From Veleropilina oligotropha (Eukaryota): a stretch of 64,000 bases of DNA. A program made the translations under genes and the position numbers. Where the stretch lies: contig JBEUKZ010000093.1 in NCBI GenBank assembly GCA_048128005.1, forward strand, positions 124,001 through 188,000, read 5' to 3'. Below the pieces are notes generated by a model that saw only the letters and a program-made list of their open reading frames with translations, was not told where the DNA came from and ran no database searches. This document shows, piece after piece, positions 52,323 through 63,448 of this stretch. Each line of letters starts with the position of its first letter. Positions within the stretch are counted from its first letter, which is position 1.

Positions 52323-55300
52323 ATATTATGTTTCAGATACAACATCAATCTAGAAATTTCATTTTGCTTCATGTTAATAAATTACATTTGATAAAATGGT
52401 CTTTTCAAAATGACACAACATAACGAGGAAAATGGCCAAATTTGATGCTTTGCTATGATAAATCACTAAAATAAAAATTAAAGCATTATGTTTTTTATGA
52501 ATATTTATTGTAGAAAGACCTGTTTGCTTCTTTTTAAAACAAAATCATTCCAAACATGCTGTTTTAATTACAATGTGTTGGCATAACGTGTTTTTCATTT
52601 AATGTGTACACCTGATCTTGGCTGAGCTAGGCGTATATAAATATATTCCATGCGGCAAAAAGGGTCTTGGTATTCTTTGTAGACTGCTGACGTCGAGTCA
52701 TCTGTGATTCTCGCAGATGAATCTCCATCTCCGTAATTCACTATTGTGAAATGCAATTTCACATAATGTATCGATAATGTATAAATTACTAAAACATGAT
52801 ACATCCAGCGATATGTTATTTCAAAAGATTGTTAATGCCGTCCCATGCTTCTTCTTAGAGACAGTGTAAAAGAACATTGATTTAAATGGTTATAATTTTG
52901 AATATGCAAATAAATATCCGCAATTCATAATATGACATTAATTACTATTAACAGTACGCTCTATTAACCGTAGGCTGAATTGACTGTGTCAATTTTGCTG
53001 TTTGACTGTAGACGCTCAATCGACCGTGCGCTCAATTGACTGGTATTCCATCTGGAAGAGGATTTCAGTCACAGGCAGTCACGCATTGTCTTTGGGAGCC
53101 CGATATGTCTGCCCCTAACTGCAAGCTCAAAATTCTGATGGTCGCCTGTTTAACCCTAACACTACACAGGCGACCGTCAGAATTTTGAGCTTGTAAATCA
53201 GGGCAGATTTATCTGGCTAGGTCTTTGGGAATTAAAGAGACTATTGCCCGTAAATACACGAGTTGCCTCTGGCACGAGTTGTCCTGACTCCCTCTATCGC
53301 ACGGTTCGCGCAGATTGATACACATTTTGCGAAGATATGATCGATATATGATCAAATGATAGACTTTTATTGAAATTATTATTGTAACTGGGCAATATAT
53401 GTTATTGTCAAGTAGAAAGCTATCTTACTTGACGAGTAGAAACCAACGCAGTGTGCTCCAATTAGATCAATTGGAAATGACTGCGGTTTTATTATTTTTA
53501 AATATTCAATAGCGATTAACTTAAACGGTAGCAAATTACTGACGAAAGTTGAGTGTTGAAATTTCTTAACTTTTTATGTTATAAACAAAAAGTATAATGC
53601 AGTTAGTTTTCTTTTAAAAAAAGAAAGAGCGCATTTCCGGCAATAGTATCTTTAAGAAGGGGTTGTTAAAGGTTGAGGTCATTGCTGACATGCGTTTAAA
53701 CGTAAACTCTTTATTGTGAGTGGAGCGAGTCCTAATATTCGGATGTATGTCTTGTCTCCCCTCATTTATATTATTGAAATCAAAAGAAAACAATAAAAGG
53801 GGTATTTTGTGTATTTAATTATCACCTACTCAAAATGCATAACAAAGTACTTGCTTCAATCATAACTACTTTTAACCTGTTCTCCGCAGGGTGAAATATT
53901 TTCCCATGTTTATCGTTTATCCAATATTCACATATGACATGTATGAGAAAAGCGATTGGCGACTAAACGGATTTACAACGCACCCCATATATCACTGCTC
54001 TGCACAGTGAAATATTAGGTTTCGTAATGCAATTCATATGATAAAACAGTGGTATTTCGTCTCCTTTACTTTATACCTCTTGGAGACCAACCGAAATTGA
54101 ATAGGACCATCCATCTTAAAATCTCTCAAATATTGATTATCAAATGCAGGCCTGCAATAACCAAATGTAAAATATCTTGTTTGAACATGCACAATAATGT
54201 TGGGTCAAATGATTTGCATTGCTATACATGTACTAACTGGATCATGAATAGAATTGCTTAAGTTTTTGGAAGTCATTAAAATAAATTAGTTGAATGATGG
54301 TGGTGCGATTGTGTTTTGGAATGTCAGTTCCTACAGCGACCACCGTTGTCAAAATTAGGTGTGCACAAACAATGATCAGCCCATGACAATAAGGATTTTG
54401 GTCTACTTGTCCATCGGACAAGGTAGTCGAAAACTCAACTTGTCCGAACTTTTATTTTGGTTGTCCCGGACGACCGGACAAGCCTTAATGTCGAGGCCTG
54501 AATGATGATGCAAGTATTTCTCATACAAGTGCTTCGGTAGCGCAGTGGGTAGAGTGTCCACTCTAAATTCACTGGCTTGTTTCCGCTGACGCGAACAGTA
54601 GTGGGATCGACCCCCGGCTGAGGCAGCACACATTTGTTCAAGTTATGAAGCACAGTTGTCCGTGACTGGCCGAAGAGGGCGGGTTTACCCGGCGACCGGG
54701 GTTTCCTCCCGCGATAACACGGACATGTCCTACCTTGAACCTCGATGTTATCAATATACAGGACATTAAGCATAATTCCTCCTCCTCCTCCTCCACAAGT
54801 GCGATATTAGTACGTGCCATTCTATCCAAGCATGCATACAATTATAACAATTGTACTTGAGAGATGAAAATCTTGTGGACACAGTCAGGTTGGTCTGACT
54901 TGTCAATGAAGTTGATGCTCATCGAGTGTACTGTGTATAATAAATAAGCCATTTATATAAAACAAGGCAAATTAATTAATTTTGATGAAAAATTATGTTA
55001 CATGTCATATATTCGGAAATGTTATAATATATATATATATAATATAAATAATGCAGTATGCACAGCAAAGTTGAATTGTTGAGATTATGTGGTCAATCTG
55101 ACCATGCTAAATTTTGCAATAATTATGTAAATCGCATCATTCTGCAGGATCTAGGTAATATACCTCAACTGTTCTCGACCTAATACTAGTGGTGCTTGGA
55201 ACAATTTGGTGTCATTACCGGAGACCATCAATGTGCATACAATCTCAATTACTGGCATCTGTTCTTTTCTTCAGGTGATGCTAAAGTCATAACAAAGTCG

Positions 55301-56503
55301 TGATTATAAACTGATGGTGCTTACGTATATATCGGATATCCATATTGAAGATTCATTTCGGGGTCAATACAACAGAGAAAAAGACGTAAGTAATAAAAAA
55401 AAATAACATTTGTGATGCTGAATGAAATGAAATTGACATTTAAATTGCTTTCCATTTACATCATAGATAATTTGTCAGACATTGTGTAGAAGAATGATTT
55501 TCATTTGATCACTATTTCGGCTGTACAATTGCAAACACGATTAAGATCAATGGGACTGCTCGCCATGTCAATCTTAGGTACTCACTACTCCGAAATGTTA
55601 AATATTTATTATATGTACAGTATTTAACTTTTGTGCGATTCTCAAAATCGTTAAGTAGAAAACAACAGCTGTGCTATTTTCCCCTTTCAAATTAGGCCAC
55701 CGGATAGTTGATTGATTTACAGTGGGACTCTTGATTCATACGCTTGCATGATCTCTCTCACGGAAGTGGGTTCAAATCCTTGATAATACATGATCGCATG
55801 TATTGACTAAAACTTGTCCCGTTATCACCTCAAGGTTGTTAAATCATGAAACATCAAGCACGGCTCGAACCAAGCCTTTCAAAACATAATAATTCTGCAC
55901 TTTGTATATAACAAATTATCTTGCTTATGCATTTCACGTCTTCGTTTTAATGTAAATGTTGCTTCTGTAAATTATTCTAAAAGATTCTGTCTTATTTAAA
56001 TTACTAATCCATATCAAACCTAAGTATTAGTTACCAGAAACACATAAAATATTGAGTATGTTGCCTTTCTATTAATTTTCAGATGTCTTGGACACGGACC
56101 AAACTCTGAATGAAATGCCAAGCCGCTGAGTCGATGAAGAATACACCAACAATCTCCTATATTTCATCAGTGGATTCAGTGATGTAATCGCGAATCCTGC
56201 TCCAAAGAAAAGGTTTTCAGTGCAGCGTGCAGGAAATATTTAGTTATTATTGAGCAAGTGAGAAGGAATAACTTTTTGACGTTATTTAGTTGATTAAATG
56301 CATTCATTCTGTCGGCATGCTTGGCCCCACAAGAAAAACTGAACATGATAACTACACATGAGTGAATTATCGTCTACTGTGTCTGCGATAAATCAGCACT
56401 CTCATGCTCCATAATATGCTAATCAACACGAGGGAAAAATAGAAATCTCATCCTTGCAGTGAGCCCTGCACGTCGTCTTCAAATTTTCATTATCTATGGT
56501 AAC

Positions 56504-58216
56504 ATGCTGCAATCCATACAGGAGGGAAAAAGTATCCCTGTACTTTATGTGACAGGTGATTTAACAAGTCCAGTCGTCTCTATGAACACACCCATGCCGG
56601 ATAAAAAGGTGTACACATGTAGTATCTGCGACAAATCATTTAGCCATTCAAGCGGTATCAAGCAGCATATGTTAATCCACACAGACGAGAAACCTCATCA
56701 ATGCAGTGTCTGCGACAAATCATTTCGCCTTTCAAGCACTATCAATGTGCACATGCTTATCCACACAAAAGAGAAACCTCATCAATGTAGTATTTGCAAT
56801 AAATCATTTTCACAGCATGGCCATCTCAAGAACCATATGCTAACTCATACAGGACAGAAACCTCACCAATGCACTGTGTGCCACAAGTCGTATTCAAGTT
56901 CTCAGTCTCTCCGTCAGCATGCTGCCATTCATACTGGAGGGAAGAAGTATCCATGCTCTTTATGCGACAGGTCGTTTATTTCAAGAAGCAATCTCGGTAA
57001 ACATATTTTAACCCATACAGGAGAAACCCCTTATCAGTGCAGCATCTGTGACAAGTCATTTAACCGATCAGGCACTCTCAATGTGCACATGCTAATCCAC
57101 ACCAAAGAGAAACCTCATCAATGCACTGCGTGTTACAAGTCATTTACACATTCAAGCAGTCTCAAGCATCATATGCTTAATACACATACAGGACAGAAAC
57201 ATCACCAATGCACTGTGTGCCAACAGTCGTATTCAAGTTCTCAGTCTCTCCGTCAGCATGCTGCCATTCATACTGGAGGGAAGAAGTATCCATGCTCTTT
57301 ATGCGACAGGTCGTTTATTTCAAGAAGCAATCTCGGTAAACATATTTTAACCCATACAGGAGAAACCCCTTATCAGTGCAGCATCTGTGACAAGTCATTT
57401 AACCAATCAGGCAACCTCAATGTGCACATGCTAATCCACACGGGAGAGAAACATCATCAATGTAATGTGTGTTATAAGTCATTTACACTTTCAAGCACTC
57501 TCAAGCTTCATATGCTTACACATACAGGGCTGAAACCTCATTTATGTAGTATTTGCGATAAATCATTTTCACAGCTTGGCAATCTCAAGCGACATATGCT
57601 GAATCATACAGGACAGAAACCTCACCAATGCAATGTGTGCCACAAGTCGTATTCAAACTCTCACTATCTCCATCAACATGCTGCCATTCATACTGGAGGG
57701 AAGAAGTATCCATGCACTTTATGTGACAGATCATCTACTACACATGACAATCTCCGTAAACATACTTTAACCCATACGGGAGAAACCCCATATCAGTGCG
57801 GCATTTGTGACAAGTCATTTAACCAATCAGGCAACCTCAAACGGCATATGCTGATCCACACAAAAGAGAAACCTCATCAATGTAGTATTTGCAATACATC
57901 ATTTTCACAGCATGGCCATCTCGAGAACCATATGCTAACTCATACAGGACAGAAACCTCACCAATGCACTGTGTGCCACAAGTCGTATTCAAGTTCTCGG
58001 TATCTCCGTCAGCATGCAGCCATTCATACTGGAGGGAAGAAGTATCCATGCACTTTATGCGACAAATCATTTATTACACATGATAATCTCCATCAACATA
58101 CGTTAATCCATACAGGAGAAACCCTATATCAGTGCGACAAATGCCACAAGTCATTTAACCGATCAGGCAACCTCAAACAGCATAATGCTAATCCACACAA
58201 AAGAGGAACTTCATGA
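56504..58216 (+). CDS. C2H2 zinc-finger protein ZF-D (18 complete fingers, 19th frameshifted); alternative start 56582
   Basis: Long uninterrupted ORF of tandem C2H2 fingers. The frameshift after ...NLKQH gives NANPHKRGTS*. Confidence 0.88.
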   Translation: MLQSIQEGKSIPVLYVTGDLTSPVVSMNTPMPDKKVYTCSICDKSFSHSSGIKQHMLIHTDEKPHQCSVCDKSFRLSSTINVHMLIHTKEKPHQCSICNKSFSQHGHLKNHMLTHTGQKPHQCTVCHKSYSSSQSLRQHAAIHTGGKKYPCSLCDRSFISRSNLGKHILTHTGETPYQCSICDKSFNRSGTLNVHMLIHTKEKPHQCTACYKSFTHSSSLKHHMLNTHTGQKHHQCTVCQQSYSSSQSLRQHAAIHTGGKKYPCSLCDRSFISRSNLGKHILTHTGETPYQCSICDKSFNQSGNLNVHMLIHTGEKHHQCNVCYKSFTLSSTLKLHMLTHTGLKPHLCSICDKSFSQLGNLKRHMLNHTGQKPHQCNVCHKSYSNSHYLHQHAAIHTGGKKYPCTLCDRSSTTHDNLRKHTLTHTGETPYQCGICDKSFNQSGNLKRHMLIHTKEKPHQCSICNTSFSQHGHLENHMLTHTGQKPHQCTVCHKSYSSSRYLRQHAAIHTGGKKYPCTLCDKSFITHDNLHQHTLIHTGETLYQCDKCHKSFNRSGNLKQHNANPHKRGTS

Positions 58217-58361
58217 ATGCACTGTATGTTATGTCATTTTCACGATCAGACAATCTCAAGCGACATTTGTTAATCCATACGCGTGAGCGGCCTCAGTAAT
58301 TTGTTGTGTCTGGCAAGTTGTTTTCAAGGCCTTGACATCTCCAGCAACATGCTGTTATCCA

Positions 58362-58588
58362 TATGTCCGCGATAGCTCAACTGGTTAGAGTGTCGGAAAA
58401 CGTTTTGTGGGACGGCATGATGTGGGTTCAAACCCGCTCCGGCCTGGCTTATTCTAAGGCTTGAAACTAATAGATGGAATATCCCTAATGTATATCAGTC
58501 AGATCGGAGCGAGACCTTAGACCGAGTGTCCCGATAAGCCTGAAAAATTGTCAAAGGGTCGTAAAACAAAGTTGTCACTTCAACTCAA
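58362..58588 (+). mobile_element. tRNA-derived SINE family 4 inserted 3' of ZF-D
   Basis: A-box TAGCTCAACTGG, B-box GGGTTCAAACCC, and TSD CTGTTATCCA at 58352-58361 and 58589-58598. It is absent in the paralogues. Confidence 0.85.
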
Positions 58589-58827
58589 CTGTTATCCACA
58601 CTGAAGTACAGAAATCTCTCCAATGAGTTGTGTGCTGCAAGTCATATTGAGATTATCGATGTCTCCGGCAACATGCATCGATCTATCTCGGACCGCAGTA
58701 GTGATATACATTATATCACAGATATGAAATATCCCACACCTAACACTATTTGGCTATCTACTAACAAACACTGATATTGCATTGTATTGAATAATCATTG
58801 TTCCGAAATGAAATGTTTGAGGATGAT

Positions 58828-59085
58828 ATCGGCGCTTTGACAGTCATGTGGTTCGGTTGCGGACCCTAAAAAAATACTGGCTTGATAATGTTGACCGATG
58901 CAAACAGTAGTGGGTTCGAACCTCGTTTAGGACATGACATTATTTGTTCAAGTTATGAATCACAGTTGTCTGTATTAAACTGGTCGGAGAGGTCATGTTT
59001 CCACGGGCTTTTCTCTCAGGATAATATGTACATGTCCTGCTTTGAACTTAATGTTTGGAAATATACAGGACAATAAGCATCGACC
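58828..59085 (+). mobile_element. SINE family 1 copy, unamplified paralogue of the minisatellite-bearing SINE
   Basis: Same position relative to the ZF gene, with a single unit CAGGATAATATGTACATGTCCTGCT. Confidence 0.75.
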
Positions 59086-61276
59086 CTTTCCTTTCCTTCG
59101 AGGCTGAATAATTGTTTTAAATTTAAATGTAACTTGCAATGAAATAAATACTGCTTTTGTAAAGAGACCTGAAATATACATACATGTAAAAAGTAACTCT
59201 GAAGTAATAAAATGCTTATGAAGAGTATTTTTGTATGTAAAGATCCGTGACCAGTCATTTTCATGAGTGGAAGTATGTGAACTCGAACGAGGTGAGGCCG
59301 CTCTGGTAGCCAAGTGGTTTCAAGTTTTGACTCAACATTTACTTAATTGATTGCTCTATCAAATTAGTAGCAGTACGTTTTAATCTCATTTGGTGCAATA
59401 ACATTCCCTTTACCAGTCACAGATGTCCATAGCGGACCCGCGAGAGCGGATTTTCCCAGGACCGTGAGATCTCGCGATAATATTGACATGTTGTGGTATG
59501 AGCCTGATTGGTTGCAAAAACAGGACGTTAATCCACTCAAAACAAACATGGTTATCCTTTTTGTGGAGCACCGTGCGCGATGACGTCATAACATTGGATC
59601 ACAGAGATATGAACATGCATAATCGTACTATCCAGCCCTCCCGATATGTTCTGGAGGCTCCCGATATGAAGATGAAAATCACTTTAAATTTGTTCTTATT
59701 TATCATTTGTAGATTAATCATACATTGTCCTTTATAGCATTATTTCAGACTTCAAGATGGCAGAAAGATCCGCTTTGTTATGAACTTTATTTCCACCTCT
59801 AACTGACATTAATATCACGATTCGCCATCATGGACCGTTGGTAAATGTGGATCTGGGTTCGATCCCCTCAATTTCTTGATATTACGTCATTTGATTGACT
59901 TGAGACTGAAATTTACATTTACATTTGCCACGATGGCACATTTTAAGGATTTGGCGGCCACATAGGACCCCCATCTTGGATTTCTCAATAAAGTCATAAT
60001 GGGCTTTTAATGATTTGGGGGCCACATTACACCGCCATCTTGGATTTCACAATTATGTAATCATTTCGCTATAATTTAAATATGCTCATTTCATTCCTAG
60101 ATCACTAAAACATGGGCATGTGCATGAAAATCACTTTTCTAGTTTTAATATATGTTATTTTGCACCAACAATGAAAACATTCATATCATTAAAATGATGA
60201 CACAGAGACAGTTCCTCATTGGCAAATTTCAGACATAGAGTACAGAGAAATAAGCGAAAACGGAGTTTATTTGCAACGTATTGAAGCTAAATTAGACAAA
60301 TTGTGAAGTTTTCGGTCCAAACATATCAATATCAAAATTAATTTAAGGTATGTTATTTTGCAGCAATAGAGCTAAAAGTTATATAAATAAAAAGACCACA
60401 TATAGATTGTTCTGAATATCTAAATATAAAGTAAAGTGGAGAAAACAGCGAAAAATATGCTTAAATTAAGTTTAGTTTCGAAGTTGCTCTAGATCGCCAA
60501 GTTTTGACGCAAACTGTCGTTTTCCGTCAAATCATATCAATATGAAAATTAATTTAATCTAGGCTATTTTGCAGCAACACAGATAAAATTTACATTTGTA
60601 AAGAGACCACATAGAAATTGTTCCGAATATTTAAATATAAAATATAAGAAACAGAGGAAAATAAGCGTAAATGAAGTTTGCATTCGAGGTACCCAAGACA
60701 ATTTGCCTAGGTAATCTATCTTGCTAGGTAAACCATCTCGGAACAGCGAGTCTGACGGCTGATGCACAACAGATGTAGTCAGATATAGGATGTTCTGACG
60801 GAAAAGAAAATACCTGCCACTGAATTGCAACACCAAATTAAATTTACAACAAATGTCCAGAAAAAGGTTGATTGATGTCAATATTTTATTCAGGTAAATC
60901 AATCGACGTCAATAATAATACATACATTTATCTCATATGAACATGTACATAATTATTATCGAGCTTGCAGTTTGACTGGGTTTGGGTTAAACTCTAGTGA
61001 TGATCGATGGCCATGACTAGTGTAACGTAGTCGGCCGACATTCTTTTGTTGGCATCATTTTCAATTTGATACCTTCTGTACTGATGTGGCTTAGGGTACA
61101 AGGCGTAGCGCACGTCAGAACTAGACTAGTCCGCTCTCCTAAATCGTAATCAACTGTTTAGTCCTGAACTCGACCTACGCCTAGCTCATAAAACCGATCA
61201 CAGGTCACCCGGGAAGTCATTATTAATATTCACAACTCTGACTGTTAACTCCACAAATTACACACTGTTATGAAGC

Positions 61277-61497
61277 AGAGCAGTGGTGGCTCCCTATATT
61301 CACACGCACAGAACAGAGCAGTGTTGGCTCCCTATATTCACACGCACAGAACAGAGCAGTGTTGGCTCCCTATATTCACATGCACAGAACAGAGCAGTGG
61401 TGGCTCCCTATATTCACACGCACAGAGCAGTGGTGGCTCCCTATATTCACACGCACAGAACAGAGCAGTGTTGGCTCCCTATATTCACACGAACAGA
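61277..61497. repeat. 38-bp minisatellite (~6 copies; mirrored at 62626-62846)
   Basis: Unit AGAGCAGTG(G/T)TGGCTCCCTATATTCACACGCACAGAAC. Confidence 0.9.
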
Positions 61498-61542
61498 ACT
61501 TGTGAAGAATGCAGTCGTATGGTGGCCATGACAAGCGGCTAA

Positions 61543-62580
61543 GGCCCTGTCTGATTACAACGAATCCGAAACCGGTTTCAGATTATGTACTGTCTGTTTA
61601 CAACAGATTCAATGAATCTGAATCCGGATTCGCGAATCGGTGAATCTGCTCCGCGAGGTGGATTCACCAGATTCGATGCTGAAAACAAGATGGCGGCTAT
61701 CGGAGATAATGCGTAAGTTTGCATTAATATTTACGGATATTGAATAAAGCTACATGTTGACACATCGCAGTATGATTATGCAACTTTTATTTATGCGAAT
61801 GACGCTACCAACAGCTAAGCAATAATTCGGAATATTAGAAATTAAGCTGCCATATCATCTTAAAAAATGAAGTCGAATATCGAGAACGGGATCGATCGAC
61901 AGGCCCTGTCTGATTACCATGAATCCGGATTCGGATTCTGAATCTAGATTCCCGAATCCAACTGTTGTAAAATAACGCAATGAATCTGAAAATGGGTATC
62001 ACCGTAGCAACTGCTCTGGCTAACATACACTAGGCGTATGCATTTCTTGTTGCGGATAATCACGAACAATGCCAATTCCCGAAATAATCGTGCAAACAGT
62101 GACGGGACTTTAGAACGCTAACCATAAGCTGATTAAAGTAAATTACAATATTATTGACCTGCCAGGCTGGAATATGAATCGGTGTGGTGTTTGGCGTGAG
62201 GGACTGTCGAGAAGCTGAGCTGTTCGATCGATCCCGTTCTCGATATTCGACTTCATTTTTTAAGATGATATGGCAGCTTAATTTCTAATATTCCGAATTA
62301 TTGCTTAGCTGTTGGTAGCGTCATTCGCATAAATAAAAGTTGCATAATCATACTGCGATGTGTCAACATGTAGCTTTATTCAATATCCGTAAATATTAAT
62401 GCAAACTTACGCATTATCTCCGATAGCCGCCATCTTGTTTTCAGCATCGAATCTGGTGAATCCACCTCGCGGAGCAGATTCACCGATTCGCGAATCCGGA
62501 TTCAGATTCATTGAATCTGTTGTAAACAGACAGTACATAATCTGAAACCGGTTTCGGATTCGTTGTAATCAGACAGGGCC
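61543..62580. mobile_element. PIF/Harbinger-like element ends at the centre of the inverted repeat
   Basis: TAA|GGCCCTGTCTGATTAC ... GTAATCAGACAGGGCC|TTA, with a third TIR-like copy at 61902. Confidence 0.6.
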
Positions 62581-63448
62581 TTAGCCGCTTGTCATGGCCA
62601 CCATACGACTGCATTCTTCACAAGTTCTGTTCGTGTGAATATAGGGAGCCAACACTGCTCTGTTCTGTGCGTGTGAATATAGGGAGCCACCACTGCTCTG
62701 TGCGTGTGAATATAGGGAGCCACCACTGCTCTGTTCTGTGCATGTGAATATAGGGAGCCAACACTGCTCTGTTCTGTGCGTGTGAATATAGGGAGCCAAC
62801 ACTGCTCTGTTCTGTGCGTGTGAATATAGGGAGCCACCACTGCTCTGCTTCATAACAGTGTGTAATTTGTGGAGTTAACAGTCAGAGTTGTGAATATTAA
62901 TAATGACTTCCCGGGTGACCTGTGATCGGTTTTATGAGCTAGGCGTAGGTCGAGTTCAGGACTAAACAGTTGATTACGATTTAGGAGAGCGGACTAGTCT
63001 AGTTCTGACCTGCGCTACGCCTTGTACCCTAAGCCACATCAGTACAGAAGGTATCAAATTGAAAATGATGCCAACAAAAGAATGTCGGCCGACTACGTTA
63101 CACTAGTCATGGCCATCGATCATCACTAGAGTTTAACCCAAACCCAGTCAAACTGCAAGCTCGATAATAATTATGTATATGTTCATATGAGATAAATGTA
63201 TGTATTATTATTGACGTCGATTGATTTACCTGAATAAAATATTGACATCAATCAACCTTTTTCTGGACATTTGTTGTAAATCTAATTTGGTGTTGCAATT
63301 CAGTGGCAGGTATTTTCTTTTCTGTCAGAACATCCTATATCTGACTACATCTGTTGTGCATCAGCCGTCAGACTCGCTGTTCCGAGATGGTTTACCTAGC
63401 AAGATAGATTACCTAGGCAAATTGTCTTGGGTACCTCGAATGCAAACT

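Larger units (their letters stand above)
40075..56880 (+). repeat. Segmental duplication, copy 2
   Basis: Matches 12230-28957. It differs in finger number, minisatellite length, a 542-bp PLE indel, a 39-bp repeat indel and a 909-bp insertion. Confidence 0.92.
60675..63448. repeat. Long inverted repeat: arms 60675-61899 and 62224-63448 (1225 bp each), 324-bp spacer
   Basis: The arms are reverse complements; I noticed only about four substitutions by eye. The ORF track shows mirrored ORFs. Confidence 0.95.

Noticed and set aside
56459..58216. PRDM9 or KRAB-ZNF identity for the finger arrays
   Set aside because: No SET or KRAB exon is visible and the fingers are too heterogeneous for PRDM9-type homogenised arrays, so no gene symbol was assigned.
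58365..58440. tRNA genes at A/B-box motifs (also 5213, 26608, 33490, 36758)
   Set aside because: No closed cloverleaf could be drawn, and each continues into a SINE body or tail, some with TSDs.
61270..62853. Mirrored ORFs MKQSSGGSLYSHAQ...
   Set aside because: Translations of the 38-bp minisatellite duplicated by the inverted repeat.
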